The notes under the pieces were generated by a model that was not told the DNA's origin, did no database searches, and saw only the letters and a list, made by a program, of their open reading frames with translations. From Harriotta raleighana (taxonomy: Eukaryota): 64,000 nucleotides of DNA. How positions within the stretch are numbered: position 1 is the first letter of the stretch; each line of letters starts with the position of its first letter. A program made the position numbers and the translations under genes. Below, in pieces: positions 49,376 to 61,632 of this stretch. The stretch is taken from assembly GCA_050575255.1 (NCBI GenBank), contig JBNZDD010013730.1:8214012-8278011 (forward strand). The letters run 5' to 3'.

Positions 49376-52300
49376 TCCTTCAGATTTATTTGTCTGAATG
49401 GACCTTTTGTGGAGCAAAAACTAATTTCTCTGTTATGAACCTAGCAATCTCCAACCAGGGTTGAAATCTGCTTTAGTGTTTTTTTATTTGATCCCCTAAA
49501 AAAGTTAATTGTGAAAAAAACTGTATTGTCCTAATGTAACAACACTTCATTATCTGAGAAATGTTGAATTGTAAAATCCACCATTTTGATGGTGTCGGTA
49601 ATAAAAGTAGGCAAAAGGTGGGGGAGGTGAAACATACTTTTTACATTATTTTCAAAGTGTCCTTTTTATTCATTTTCCAAGTTGCGATTTTATTTTACAT
49701 AATTTTTTACATAAAATTGCAACCCCAAAAAGATATGCTTATGAAAAATAGTATACATCTATTATAATTAATACCAGAATTTTTCATTTTCATTTTCAGT
49801 TTAGGATTTCATAAATTAGACATTCTAAAAATGTCCAGATTTAAATTATGATTTATTGTTTCTTCAACCCTTAAACAGTATCCAAGTAAATGCTTTTATT
49901 TTCGTACCAATTGTATCCTGTCTCTGCATCTGTTATCCTGGGTTGAATGTTTCAGCCAGTTACTGGCCCAATAATGCTGATTATTTTGCACTTGCCAAAT
50001 CATTAACCTCCTAATGGAGCACTCGATGCTGTAAAAATTAACTATAACAAAGCAATTGATTGAATTGCAATGTGATTTGACAGCAATTTACAGGATTGTT
50101 CTTTATTAGGCAACTAACTTCTTTACTTAATAATGTCCAAATTAACCAAGGGATTTTAGCTTGCAAATTGTAGGTAGTTTAGCTGGGGATAATGATTTGC
50201 TGTTTAGTCACATAAAAGCCACACAAAACAATATAAATCCAAGACAGCAACACTTATAACGTTGAAAATGAAATAAATGTCAAGTGTTTGGTGGATTTGC
50301 TGAAATAACAAGGATTAATAAGTTGTACAGCTTACCCTCCAGGATTGCATGAACGGCTTCCATAATATATGATGCTTATATTAAAACACCCTCCCTCCCT
50401 GGGCATTAGTATAGACCAAATGACCTAAAGCAGCAAACATATTGCTTCTCAATCCTTGGACTATGGGGTAAGGTTTAATTTATGTTTCTTAGTGTGGTGG
50501 AATTGTTAACAATAAATCCTATGTATGAACACATCACAGTCAGGAGTTCACAATAAAAGACAGCTGTAAGAAGGGATTCAGTGATAGAGCTGGCAAGTTG
50601 CATGCTTCAAACCACAATGCTTTTAGATTGAACTCCTTCTACTGGTTGGCTCTCATATTTCCCAACCGTCAGCGTGATATATTTTGCCAGATTTCATCTG
50701 GGTTATTAAATGTAGTATCCTGCCTCAGGGAAAACTTGCCTTTCCATTTGTCTTGCTTCACGACAAATATACCTTCTGTCAACTAAACCATGAAGTAGTG
50801 TTGGGTCAGAAGCCGTGCAATTGTCTGTCTATGTCCTGCTTGTTTGTCATCCCCAACTGGTATCAATGATTCAAAGAGGGGTGTGCATTGGTGAAGGGGA
50901 ACAAAACGTGGATCTATTCAGGAGCATTATAGAAAAGTCCATTCAAATACAGTGTGCTGTTACCTACCAACATTCCAATTTTTTGTTAGGAAAACCTTGA
51001 GATTGATGAGAAGTATATGGTCCAAATATTCTACAAACATCCATTCTATCTGAAGAAAAGACAAATGATGTATTTCAATCAGTCTATGTATCCCTATACT
51101 CTAGCGTCTGGATGTCATAATTGTAGGTCCATCTGGCTCAGATTCTTTATTGAAAAGCTGATTGATGGCTGGTGGGTTCCTTCAGTATAATATTAACAAG
51201 AAATATATTCAGGGCATTACTCAGCAGAGCAAACACCTTATCAGAATTACTTTGGTGCTTCATTGCAGATATGCTGAAAATGGCCCTTCCATTCATGTAT
51301 TAATTACAAGGTTACTCGTCAGACAAATTGTTCAATGCCCCCATGCAATCCAACACCTTTTCTTAAACATACCAATGTATGTAAAGTCGTATTGTCATAT
51401 CTCAAAAGTGGACCTTATTGAGGTCTTTGTATTTCTTCTCAAACAGACAAACAGAGTAATTCATGGCTTGCTGAGGGGTAGGTTGCTGGATTAATTTTAA
51501 GATGTGAACATTAAGAGTTGAGTAAGCAGGAATGTAATAAGCTCCAAATGACAATGGATACTGACAATCAATCACTGTCATAAAAATCTCACCAGACTAT
51601 TTTGTTGCTGTGCAAATGGTATAGGTTTTTAATACACAGACACACACAGGAAAGTCTTAGGAGTCATTCTTGCGAATAGTATTAAAACATTCCGGTTAAT
51701 CAGCCTCTGTCCAGTCAAACAATAGCTGAGACAAGATAATAGTAATAGGCGTGGGAGTTGATGAGAGAAATCAACAAACTTACTAAAAAAAAAGCAGGCA
51801 CATGGTAAATTGTGATGCGATGTAATAACAGCACAAACTGATATTTCACTTCACAGAACACAAACAACAGACAACACAATTTATGGAGGGCTGTATTTGT
51901 GCAATGTGATTCATTTGTATCTGACAAAGATTAGGAGACTTACAAAACTGTATCCTTCAATTTATGTACAATGTGAATTCCACCAGATTAACATTTAAAT
52001 GACTGAGCTCTAGAAGGTGTAAAATATTGTCTGCTGCACTGTAAATTTAGCTTCAAAATTGTGTTTTTACTGCATGGAAAGTTCTAAACCCATGAACCAC
52101 AATGGCTTGAAAATCTGATTCAAAGTAAATGAGTAGAAACATAATATCATGTCTTGAACAAACATCTGATATTAAAATATGTGTTCTACCTGATTAAAAA
52201 TATACATTTTCAAAACTGAAAAATGTCATTATTTCATAATTCAATTTACGTTTTAAAAATTCACTCTTTTCAGTAGATTCAAGTTAATTGAAGTTCTTAT

Positions 52301-52439
52301 AAATTTTATCTAAAATTAAACATTCCTGATAATTGTTAGATTGTAGACCAAATTTATGCACATATAATCTACCTTCATTATGAGATGGTTGACATTACAG
52401 TACAGTAATTATACAAGAGAATATAGGACCTTGGTCATA

Positions 52440-52805
52440 AGCCTTGATTTGATATTGTGCTTATAATATGAAAAAAAAACTCAAAGTGATTCATAAGAAT
52501 TAGCTGTAAAGTGTTTTTGGAGACTTACACAACAGAATTTGCATTCAGCAGTGTAACACAAACAACCATGAAATCAACAACCAATTTATCTGGAGAATTG
52601 CTGGCTAGGACACTGAGTGACATGGGATCTTTAATACCCACCTGAATAGGAGATGGAACCTTGGTTTTTAACCTCTCATGACAATGCAGTACTGAATCTG
52701 CACTTGTTGTGTCAGCCCACACTGTGAGCTCAAAGTCCCAATGTGGTTTGAACCCGCAAGTTTCTAACCTAGCAGCAAGAATGTACCAACTGAACCAAGC
52801 GGACA
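52440..52805 (-). mobile_element. Near full-length Deu-domain (SacSINE1-like) SINE
   Basis: Minus strand: ggttcagttggtac (A box), gggttcaaacc (B box), ggctgacac, ttcaggtgggtattaaagatcccatgtcact, tail atatcaaatcaagg. Confidence 0.75.
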
Positions 52806-53569
52806 CTTGTTCTGCACGTTAAGAAGTTCGTATTATTTATTGTTTGTGTTCGAAAGCTTTCACAATAACCCACGTCTTGTTATAAGATGAAAAATGCTTG
52901 GATCACAAAGGGCAAGGTTATGAGAGTGGAGTTTACTTGTTGACATCATTTTGCCACTTCACGTTAACAAAACATTAAGGGACTTCAAAAGGCACTTGAA
53001 TGAGAATTTTTAAAATTAGTTGTGGTTATGGATTATTGATTGCTTTGGAAGCTGTGAAACTTGAGAGGAAATCTCACTCACAGATGAAAACACTGCAGCA
53101 GACAAATCATCCACTTCAGAGAAAATCAAATTGATCTTGGTGTATGTATTTTTTGTCTTTTTCTCTTGCCAGATCAATATTATGTGATGCATCCATAGAA
53201 AAGACTGGATGTCAATTGACAGAAGTGGCAAAGGAACCAGTCTGACATGGGGCTACATTCTGTTGTCAGTCAGACTTGAGACATTTTTTGCAGTGTTCCA
53301 TAATTCAAGACATTATGCGCTGCAATTGGTTCACTGTCACGAAGCTTATTTTATCATTTTATTTTGTCTTTCTCTGAGCATTTTTAGTTCAACTCAAAGG
53401 GGGCACTTTGGTACAGAATGTAAGGAATTTGTAAAGGGACAATGGTGTCCCAAGTTTTGTGGCAAACATTTTTTATTCTTTAACATGTGACAAATGCTTC
53501 AGTGACAAGTCATTTTAACATGTGATGGAGGGGAAGCAACATTTCCCCTTCCAGCACAACACCAACATG

Positions 53570-53700
53570 TCGTCTGTTGTTCTGCTGCCCGGTACTGGGG
53601 AAGATTCTCTGTTAGTATCCACCTGAACAGGCAGACTGGAGCACAATTTAACATCTCAATCAAAGTACGGACTGTATTTGGTACCAACATAGAATTTCTA
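53570..53700 (-). mobile_element. Deu-domain SINE fragment
   Basis: Minus strand gagatgttaaattgtgctccagtctgcctgttcaggtggatac. Confidence 0.55.
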
Positions 53701-54781
53701 GAGCAGGGATTCCCTCAAGGACTATAAGATTGTGCCAAAAGCACAAATTTCCCCAGTAGGATCCAAGGTTATATGGGTATATTTAAGGACATGCTGCTTT
53801 TGCAGGTGGTGTGTTGCTCAGTTATGCTGCACTGTCTCAGCCATCTCCACATTCACTGCTCGCTTACTTTCTTTGTATTCTGTAGAAAATCAACTTGGTG
53901 CTAATTTGGAAACATTTTACAGTGAAAAATCAAATCTTATACAATATCTCGGAACTAAAGAATTATCTCAAGGCAAAGTGGATGGAGCCAATGGAATAGC
54001 ACATCAGAAATGAATCCTAAGTTATAAAACTTGTACCTCAAGCACAAATATATGTTCAGCTATCATATACCTCAAAGTATATCAGCCTTTAAATCTTTAC
54101 AATTTCCTTTAAATGGGCATCATAGCACAGTTGTAATCTATTTAAAGCTAAATAAACAGCCACAGCAAAAATGGCCTATATAGTTTGTGTATATTCATGT
54201 ATTTTCTCCCAAAGAAAACCAAACATGTTTTTGCAAGTTATTTTCATTTTGTTTATACTGTCACTTGCCAATTGAAAATGCAGAAGTAATGATACGTAGC
54301 GACTCAATTATGATATAAAGTGTACAAAAAGTTTATAACTTCGGAGTTCCTCAGGCTTTTTACAAATGCACACACAAACAAAAGGATTGGTTGATATAGA
54401 ATGCAACAGGCAAATATGCACAGAGAATTATGAGATGGAGGACAGTGTAAGAAGCTACAGTATCTTTCTGTAAGACAAGAAGCTGAATATGGGAGTTCCA
54501 ATGTGAGAGGGGTCTCATAAGTGTGTTCATAGCTGGCCACCAATATCAGATAATTCACTGATGCTTCATAACACATTCAATGTGATAATTATCACATGAT
54601 AACATATTTTAGAATGCTGCTAATGCTACCTCCTATGGGAACTCGCATAATCTGTTAGTATATAAAACATGTTAGGTGAGAAAATTTGTACAAACTTTAG
54701 TGGAAATGTCTGCAGTCAAATAAGAAGCTGAATGAACGGGTCCAAGGTCATAAAGGGATTTCAGATGAGGTACTGTCTAAG

Positions 54782-55020
54782 AATAATCCCTGCATTTAAT
54801 ATAGTGTATTTCACATCTTCTTGACGTATCAAAGCACTTCACAAAATATACTGCAAAGTGAATTGACTATACATTTGTGCATGAAATGTAGCAGCCACAA
54901 ACAGTCGTGGACTGAAGTGATCAATTTTTATTATCCTTTATTCTTTAGGGATTATTATCAGGCATGTAGCATAAGAAAATCTGCCCAAGGTTTCACCCTG
55001 TTGGGAATCAAACCCAGTTC
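54782..55020 (-). mobile_element. tRNA-derived SINE, nearly complete
   Basis: Tail aataatccctgcatttaatatag, body ccacaaacagtcgtggactgaagtgatc, head tgcccaaggtttcaccctg...gaatcaaacccag. Confidence 0.82.
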
Positions 55021-55639
55021 TTTTGTTTACTAGAGACCAATTTTAAGTCAAGAAAAGTCAAATGCAATAATTCAGCTTGCTGTGAGAAAATTATCAGTAG
55101 AGCAGGCTTATACTCGACCCAAGGAACATCAGATGTGCAATTCAAATGGTGTTAAGTATTAATGTCTGTTGGTGGGTCTTAATGTTGCATTCTATGCGAG
55201 TTCATGGAACATTTTTAGAAAATTAAAAATAGAATTTAGCTTTTTTTGTGGTTAAAGTTTTATCATTTGAATTGAAACAAAGCCCCTAACCTAAGGCAGG
55301 TCATCAGAGTCTCATTTCTACCTAGATGAATCGCAATTATGTTTTTGAGAAATTGACTCATGTAATTGCTGAATGAAAATAGAGCAAAGAATCTCTGCTT
55401 TCATCCAAGCCTCATTTGCATACCACATGATCTTTGGTTATCCCCTAACAAGGGTCCAGTAAATTAATGAATCTCCTCAAAGTCATGACTCCCGCTTTAA
55501 ACCTTGCATAGATATTTGAATCATTCTAAAACCTAAGAATAAAGTAATGAGAAAGTATGACCCAGATAGATGATGCCTGATGTGTGATATCTGAATGTTA
55601 CCATTTTCTCAAAATCTCCGTGTCTGAATTTTTTTTTCA

Positions 55640-55722
55640 AAGTTTAAGATCCTTGTCCTCACTCTTTAAAACCCTTCACAGTCTGGCTCCTCCCTACCTT
55701 TGTGACCTACTGAACCTTCACA
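55640..55722 (+). mobile_element. L2 fragment
   Basis: Encodes FKILVLTL-KTLHSLAPPYLCDLL. Confidence 0.7.
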
Positions 55723-56229
55723 ATCTTAACAACTTATACCTTTGATACACAGATGGTTTAACTCTGGTAGCTTTTAAAATGTATCTTCACAAATCATAAA
55801 CTTTCCAGAAAAGTTGTAGTCTTCATGATTTAATTGGACAGGATTGCTCTTGTTCCATTTTGCAGATTAGAATAGCTTTTGTCTGTTAATGTCATCTTCC
55901 CCCTTTTAATTTGGTTTAATTTAAATTGACTCTAACTATCCTAATAATGATTTGCACTGCTAATTAGCAAGACCACATCCCTAAGTGTACTGAGTATGAT
56001 AAGGGGAGATTAGCCTTTCAAAGGAAATAGATATAGCTTTTTAGTAAACAGATAATAATATTGCTATTTTATGCTTTTCCAGTGAGTGGGAACAGGTTGA
56101 TGTATTGAGATAGAGATTGTGCTATCACGAATTGTACTTCGATTGTACTTCCCACTCTAATCTTCCCAATAATGGGAAGATTAGAGTGGGAAGTAAGGTA
56201 TACAATTATCTTAAGTAAGGTATACAATT

Positions 56230-56623
56230 ACCCCAAAAGCTGCCGAAACCCTGGTCCATGCCTTTGTCACCTCTCAACTGGACTACTCCAATGCCCACCT
56301 TGCCTGTCTGCCCTCCGCCACCATTCGTAAAATCCATCTTATACAGAACGTCCACATTCTACTGGGTCTGGACTCCTCCTTGTCTCCCTAATCTCCTCTC
56401 GGTGGCCACTCTTTCTACCACTAAACCCGGAAATTATGGAACTCCCTCCCTCAATTCCTTCACTACACCTCCTTTTCCATCTTCAGGTCACGCCTGAAGA
56501 ACTTTCTGTTCGACTGTGCTTACTTCCCTGTCCTCCTTGCTCGGCCCCGGGCTCCGCTATTGTGAAGTGCTCTAAGATGGCGACTGGCATGGAGGGCGCT
56601 ATATAAATGCACGTTGTTGTTGT
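56230..56623 (+). mobile_element. L2 LINE 3' fragment, internally deleted
   Basis: Encodes AAETLVHAFVTSQLDYSNAHLACLP; tail gagggcgctatataaatgcacgttgttgttg. Confidence 0.88.
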
Positions 56624-59479
56624 GCAGCACAGGGGGACTGGAAAGTTTAACAGAATGAGGAAGCTGACTGGATCAGTACCTGTTTTGTGCCGCTCTGGTT
56701 CTGTTGAGCAGACTTTTATGAGAGGTTAAGATACCATTTGGGGTAAAAGAGGGAAGGTTGCCTGGTATATCCACAGTTCTAGACAGATGTTGTACCTATG
56801 CATCATTCTATTCAGGGCCTTGCAATGTCCTCCCAACCTGAAAGGCATTATAGAAGTGTAATATTGTTGTTATGATTGTTGTTATCATATTGCTTTACCC
56901 ATGACTGTAGGAATATCCACACATCTGTTTTCCAATTAATTCAAAATGCTGTGCATTTTAAGATTTAATTTTTAAAAAAATATTACTTGCTCTTAACCTT
57001 TCTATCAGGTTGCAACTGAGAAATCCAAAGATCAAATATACTGCTCTACTTTACATTCCAAACATATTTTTAAAATAATATTTTATCATGAACTAAACTA
57101 AGCAAATTATAAAGCTATAACATGATCTAACTATGCATATCAAATAAATTCTAATATGACAAAATATGAAAATGAATTATTCCAACCAAATAAGATTGCA
57201 TTTGCAGCTAATGCCGATATTGAGCAAAATACTAATGAACTTCTCCTGACCGAATTTCTCGTAATACCCTTTTTCATTCTAATTACATTTTTTTCCGCTC
57301 ACTTCACTCTAGTTAGTGAACCAGTGGATTTCAGTAACTGGCGAGCAGGCTCATTCATGAACGGAAACAAATTAGTTCCCGTTGTGATCTTATTCCACCG
57401 AGGCTCAAAAACATTTGTCAAACTGGCCAGCCAATTTTTGTCAAGAAGTGCAGTTGAGCTTGTTAGATCATTGTTAAAGCTTCTCAGGATGAAGACCAAC
57501 AAGTCTGCACAGATAGGAAGAGAATAACTTTGGGTTATTTACTCCAGCTCTGACCTTGTGTTAAAGCCTTCAGTGAATGAGAACATATGGGAAAAACAGA
57601 AGTTGTCAAATATAAGTAATTATTATTGTGGAGTATCTACCTATTCCCCTTGGGTCACCTTTGGATTTTGGTGCAGAAAGGCATAGCTATGTCATTATTT
57701 GCTTCCTGCACATTTTCAGAGATAGCAGTCTGCCTGGATGCACCTCAGGAAATGTGCATTTTAAAAAAGCTCATACAGTCCTAAAAATAAAACCAAAATT
57801 ATGTACCAACATCCTTGGCTGTTTGGTTGTGAGGCGGGATAGTAAAGCATGAAAAAAAAGTCTTGAGTCCCCATATTCACCTGGTTCATTGCAAGATGGC
57901 AATGTCAATATTTATTGCCTTGAGGATATTTAATCTCCAAGTGTCCATTTATACCAATGAATTGAATGCTCTACCAGTAAGCTCTACCACCCATTTGTTT
58001 ACCATTCACGTTTATTACTGTTACTGTAGAATAGATTGTAAGTGATTTCAATATGATTGCTTCTCTAGCAGATCTCTTCAAGGGAACAGGGTTTATCTGA
58101 TGGCAAGAATATAATACTAATGTACTTTGTTGTAGGGAGCATCTCAGCTGCAAAATGCTTTAATATACTATGCTTTAATTTTCTGTCACTTTTTCTATCA
58201 AATGAAGTGACTATTAATTATCCAAAGGCTTTTTTGCTTTTCTAGAAGGTTCTGAATTCCAGGCATGTAGGCAAAGACATTCCTAGCTTCTCTCAACTAA
58301 CCAGATGATTAAATCCTGTTAATTTTGACTCCGTCTCCAATGCAATGGGGGCAGCAGATGCCTAGATTATGCTCCTGAGCTTGTCTGACATTGTGCTGCT
58401 AATGATTTTTGCTGAACAGCACAAATGTGTAGAGTGGGCATTTTATGCATGAACACAGATTTGCTCAATGTATTTGTGGACAGATAGAAGCCTGGGAGTC
58501 CTATCAATCTGTGGAATTTGTCCCTCCAATCGCCCCTCCCTGCCCTGCTTTCAAAGATAAAACAAAAGTCATTTTGCGCTGCAATTGACTTTCCCAACAG
58601 CACTCCTGAGAAATATTTTCTACTGATAATCTCAGTGCAAGAGATGAGACCTCAGTAAATGCTCTGAATTACATAAAACAAAAATGCTGCAAAGTGACAA
58701 TGGAATATTTCCTAGCAAGTAGGGGTTATTCTTCCCATTTTGATTTTTCAAATCATATGCTGTGTGGTAATTAATATATTTGAAATGTTTTCATGATGTA
58801 AACCTATTTTTCAGTTTACACAGTTATCCTTCTCTTGGGCACTATGGAGGTATAATTAAGCAGATGTCTCGCCATCCAAGACTGGCTAATATATGATGGA
58901 ACACATATGGTTTCGTTATTAAGTGTCCCCGAGTAATGTACATTGGGTCCACATTATTCCACATATAATCCCACAACAAAGAACCTAATCAAAACCATAA
59001 AATTGGTTTGATAGGGAATTAAAAAAGAAACAAATCGAGCTGTTGTGGAATTGTTCAGTGTCCCCAATTTGGCATTGTTTCAGTGGCTTCAGGGATGGAT
59101 AGAATTTAACTGAAACAAGGGACTACTGTTACAGCATCTGTCCCAGGGATTGGTGTACTATTCTGAGTTTTAACCTCAGTGTTAATATTTTACTTTTGTA
59201 TCACATTGTGAGAATATAGCAGAACAAACATGGTGCAATTCAATAATTTTTTTTAAAAGTTTCTGCTTTAAAGCTTCTTTGTAAAGTCACCCTATTTTAA
59301 AGGGACACCATCCACATAAAAAAGTGGACTGCAAATCTTATTTGCATTTGATTTCAAATGTATAAAATACATTGAGATCCAACATTGCATCATTTGCTTG
59401 ATATGTAAAACTGTAAACGTGTAACCTAATGTTTCCTGGAATTTGTGAACAGTGGCTAGTGATTCGCTCTCATCATGTT

Positions 59480-60330
59480 CAAAATGACAGTTCTATTTGA
59501 CAAGAAGCACTGTGACAAATTGGTGCACTTGAAAATGCTTTGGCAATTGCGCCATTGAAGATACTGCAGTGAATTAAAAGAAAACACTGTCTTAGTTGCT
59601 GGTTTGGTTGCTGATAGTAACAGCTTCTTAACTGATGTACAATTACTTCCTCAATATCTTGCAAAATATTGCCAATTTGAACAAATATTTTAATTTCTTG
59701 AACCATTAAAAACTTCACTTGGCTCAATGTTGGAGACTTCGAGCTCATACTCTAAACTTTTTGATCGGCCAACCAAATATTGTGAATGTTTATGTATTGA
59801 ATGTTTCTTTATTCTTTTTATCCCCATTATGGGTGTGATACCAAATTCAAGGATTACTATTTGTTTTGAGTTAATAATAATTAATAATAATAATACATTT
59901 GATATAAGAGCCTTATCGGTGCAAGTTGTAGGAGTTGTATTGCTTGAGTCAGACACTAGAGGATAGCTATCAACCACAGAACAGTACCCAAGAATGGGTC
60001 AGAACCATCAGCAGAAAAGGAGAGAAAATTTGACACCAAAACAATGCGGCATTTCTCAACCCAATGTGAGAGACCATGTGACTTTCCCAATTCCAATTCA
60101 ATGACAGATCCCATGCTGTCTGTAAGAACACCGAGTCGTAAGAGTTCTTCAGTCTCAACAGCTTTTCTCTTTCACCTCTATTACATCTCCAGACCTCAAC
60201 CAATAGATTTTGTAATTTAATCACATGATGATTTATAGGGCAACCATGTGTGATTATTCGCATCTGTTGCTGATGGACCTGTGGGAGTAATAATGGCAGG
60301 TCAGGAAAAAAGCTGCAACTTTGGTGGTGC
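59480..60330 (-). mobile_element. Possible decayed Penelope-like element (GIY-YIG region)
   Basis: Minus-strand fragments RGEREKLLRLK...LQT...LN, SQYLVGRS and GAIAKA resemble GIY-YIG endonuclease motifs; weak, by eye only. Confidence 0.25.
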
Positions 60331-61299
60331 ATAGCATATGTCAGGGAAAGTTCTTTATTCTGGTTAAGGAACCTTGGAAGATTTTATGAAGATTTACTGA
60401 CAGTTGATTCCAGTTCTGTCTTTAAATACTTCCATTTTCATACATGTGTCTTTTGAAAACAAGAATGCAAGGGCCAAACTAAGTGTTGGAGGAATAGCTT
60501 TAACATCATTTGTTAACTAATATAAATTTGTGTTTATCCTTTCCCTCTAAGCACGTCTAATATATGACAGTTCCAGCAAGCTTTAATTTGCATTGAACCT
60601 ATTGCATGTTTTGAATAAGTGGTTAGTAGTTGTCATCAGGTAAATGTATAAGTTTGTGAGGTACAACTATATAAGTATTCCTATTGATGGTTTGAAATAA
60701 TTTTCTTTACTTTGCATTTTTGTGCTCATTGTTGCTTGTTTTCTGGTCCTTCAACCCAGACTGATTATTCATGTCACCAGAATTTGTATTCAGCTAATGT
60801 ACAACAACAATAACAACAACTTGTGGGTATATTGCACCCTTTACACCGGACAGTGCTTTGGAATGCTTCAGTGTAGAATTGAATGTCTCAATCCATTAAT
60901 ATACAATTTGACAATCCTCTGTGAAGATAATATATCTTTCAGTTAGCATTGTAGGATAAGGTTATGCAGCATATAATTATAAGTACCCTGCTCCAAATAC
61001 TGTTCTAGGGTCTATTGAAATGCAGTGTAATGTGTTTAAGTACATTGAATAAAAATGCCAAAGTGCTAACTCTTACACACTGTAGTCTGTGGATTAGCTA
61101 TAAACTAAAAGGAATTCTGGTAACAGAAACTCCTTGAAGAATAATGATCTTTTTGCCTGTGAGTTATTGAGCAATATCTTTTGTAGTGCCAAATGACATA
61201 TTACAGAAAAACTCCATCTCCTTCACAATTTGAGGGCTCCACATGATTAATATCATTTTATAAATACTGAGTTTCCCAAGCTGGTTTCACATTGTTGTC

Positions 61300-61490
61300 C
61301 TATGTCAGCCAGGGGATAGGCTTGTGAAAGCAGCATGACATAAGAGCCCAAGGTCAGAATTGTGAAGGACTGGGGCAGACACCAGGAGGTATTTCTTTGC
61401 ACAAAATGGAATGCATAGGTGGAACTTGTTGCTAGGAAGAGCAGTTGAGGCTAGGACATTGAACTCATTAAGAAACAGTTTGGATATCAG
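61300..61490 (+). mobile_element. CR1 LINE 3' remnant
   Basis: caggaggtatttctttgcacaa...tggaacttgttgctaggaagagcagttgaggctaggacattgaactcattaagaaacagtttggata. Confidence 0.65.
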
Positions 61491-61632
61491 GCAGTAAGAT
61501 AACTATTCTTGAACAATGAACTCCATATTACAGGATTTGTTTGTATTGCCTGAATTTCACCCTTTGGTTGAAATGAATTTTGTGGACCGAAATAAATTGG
61601 TTCCTAATTTGCTTCTCTACATCCAATTTCAG

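Larger units (their letters stand above)
6592..61632 (+). other. 55,041-nt GT-AG intron of the netrin-G gene
   Basis: Starts GTAAGT and ends TTTCAG. The spliced junction YCSL|ENPYMC is colinear with netrin-G proteins, so no intervening coding exon is required. Confidence 0.9.

Noticed and set aside
61516-61632. First 39 codons of the 254-aa ORF (single-exon gene model)
   Set aside because: Intronic read-through of the branch point and pyrimidine tract; homology begins exactly at the AG acceptor.
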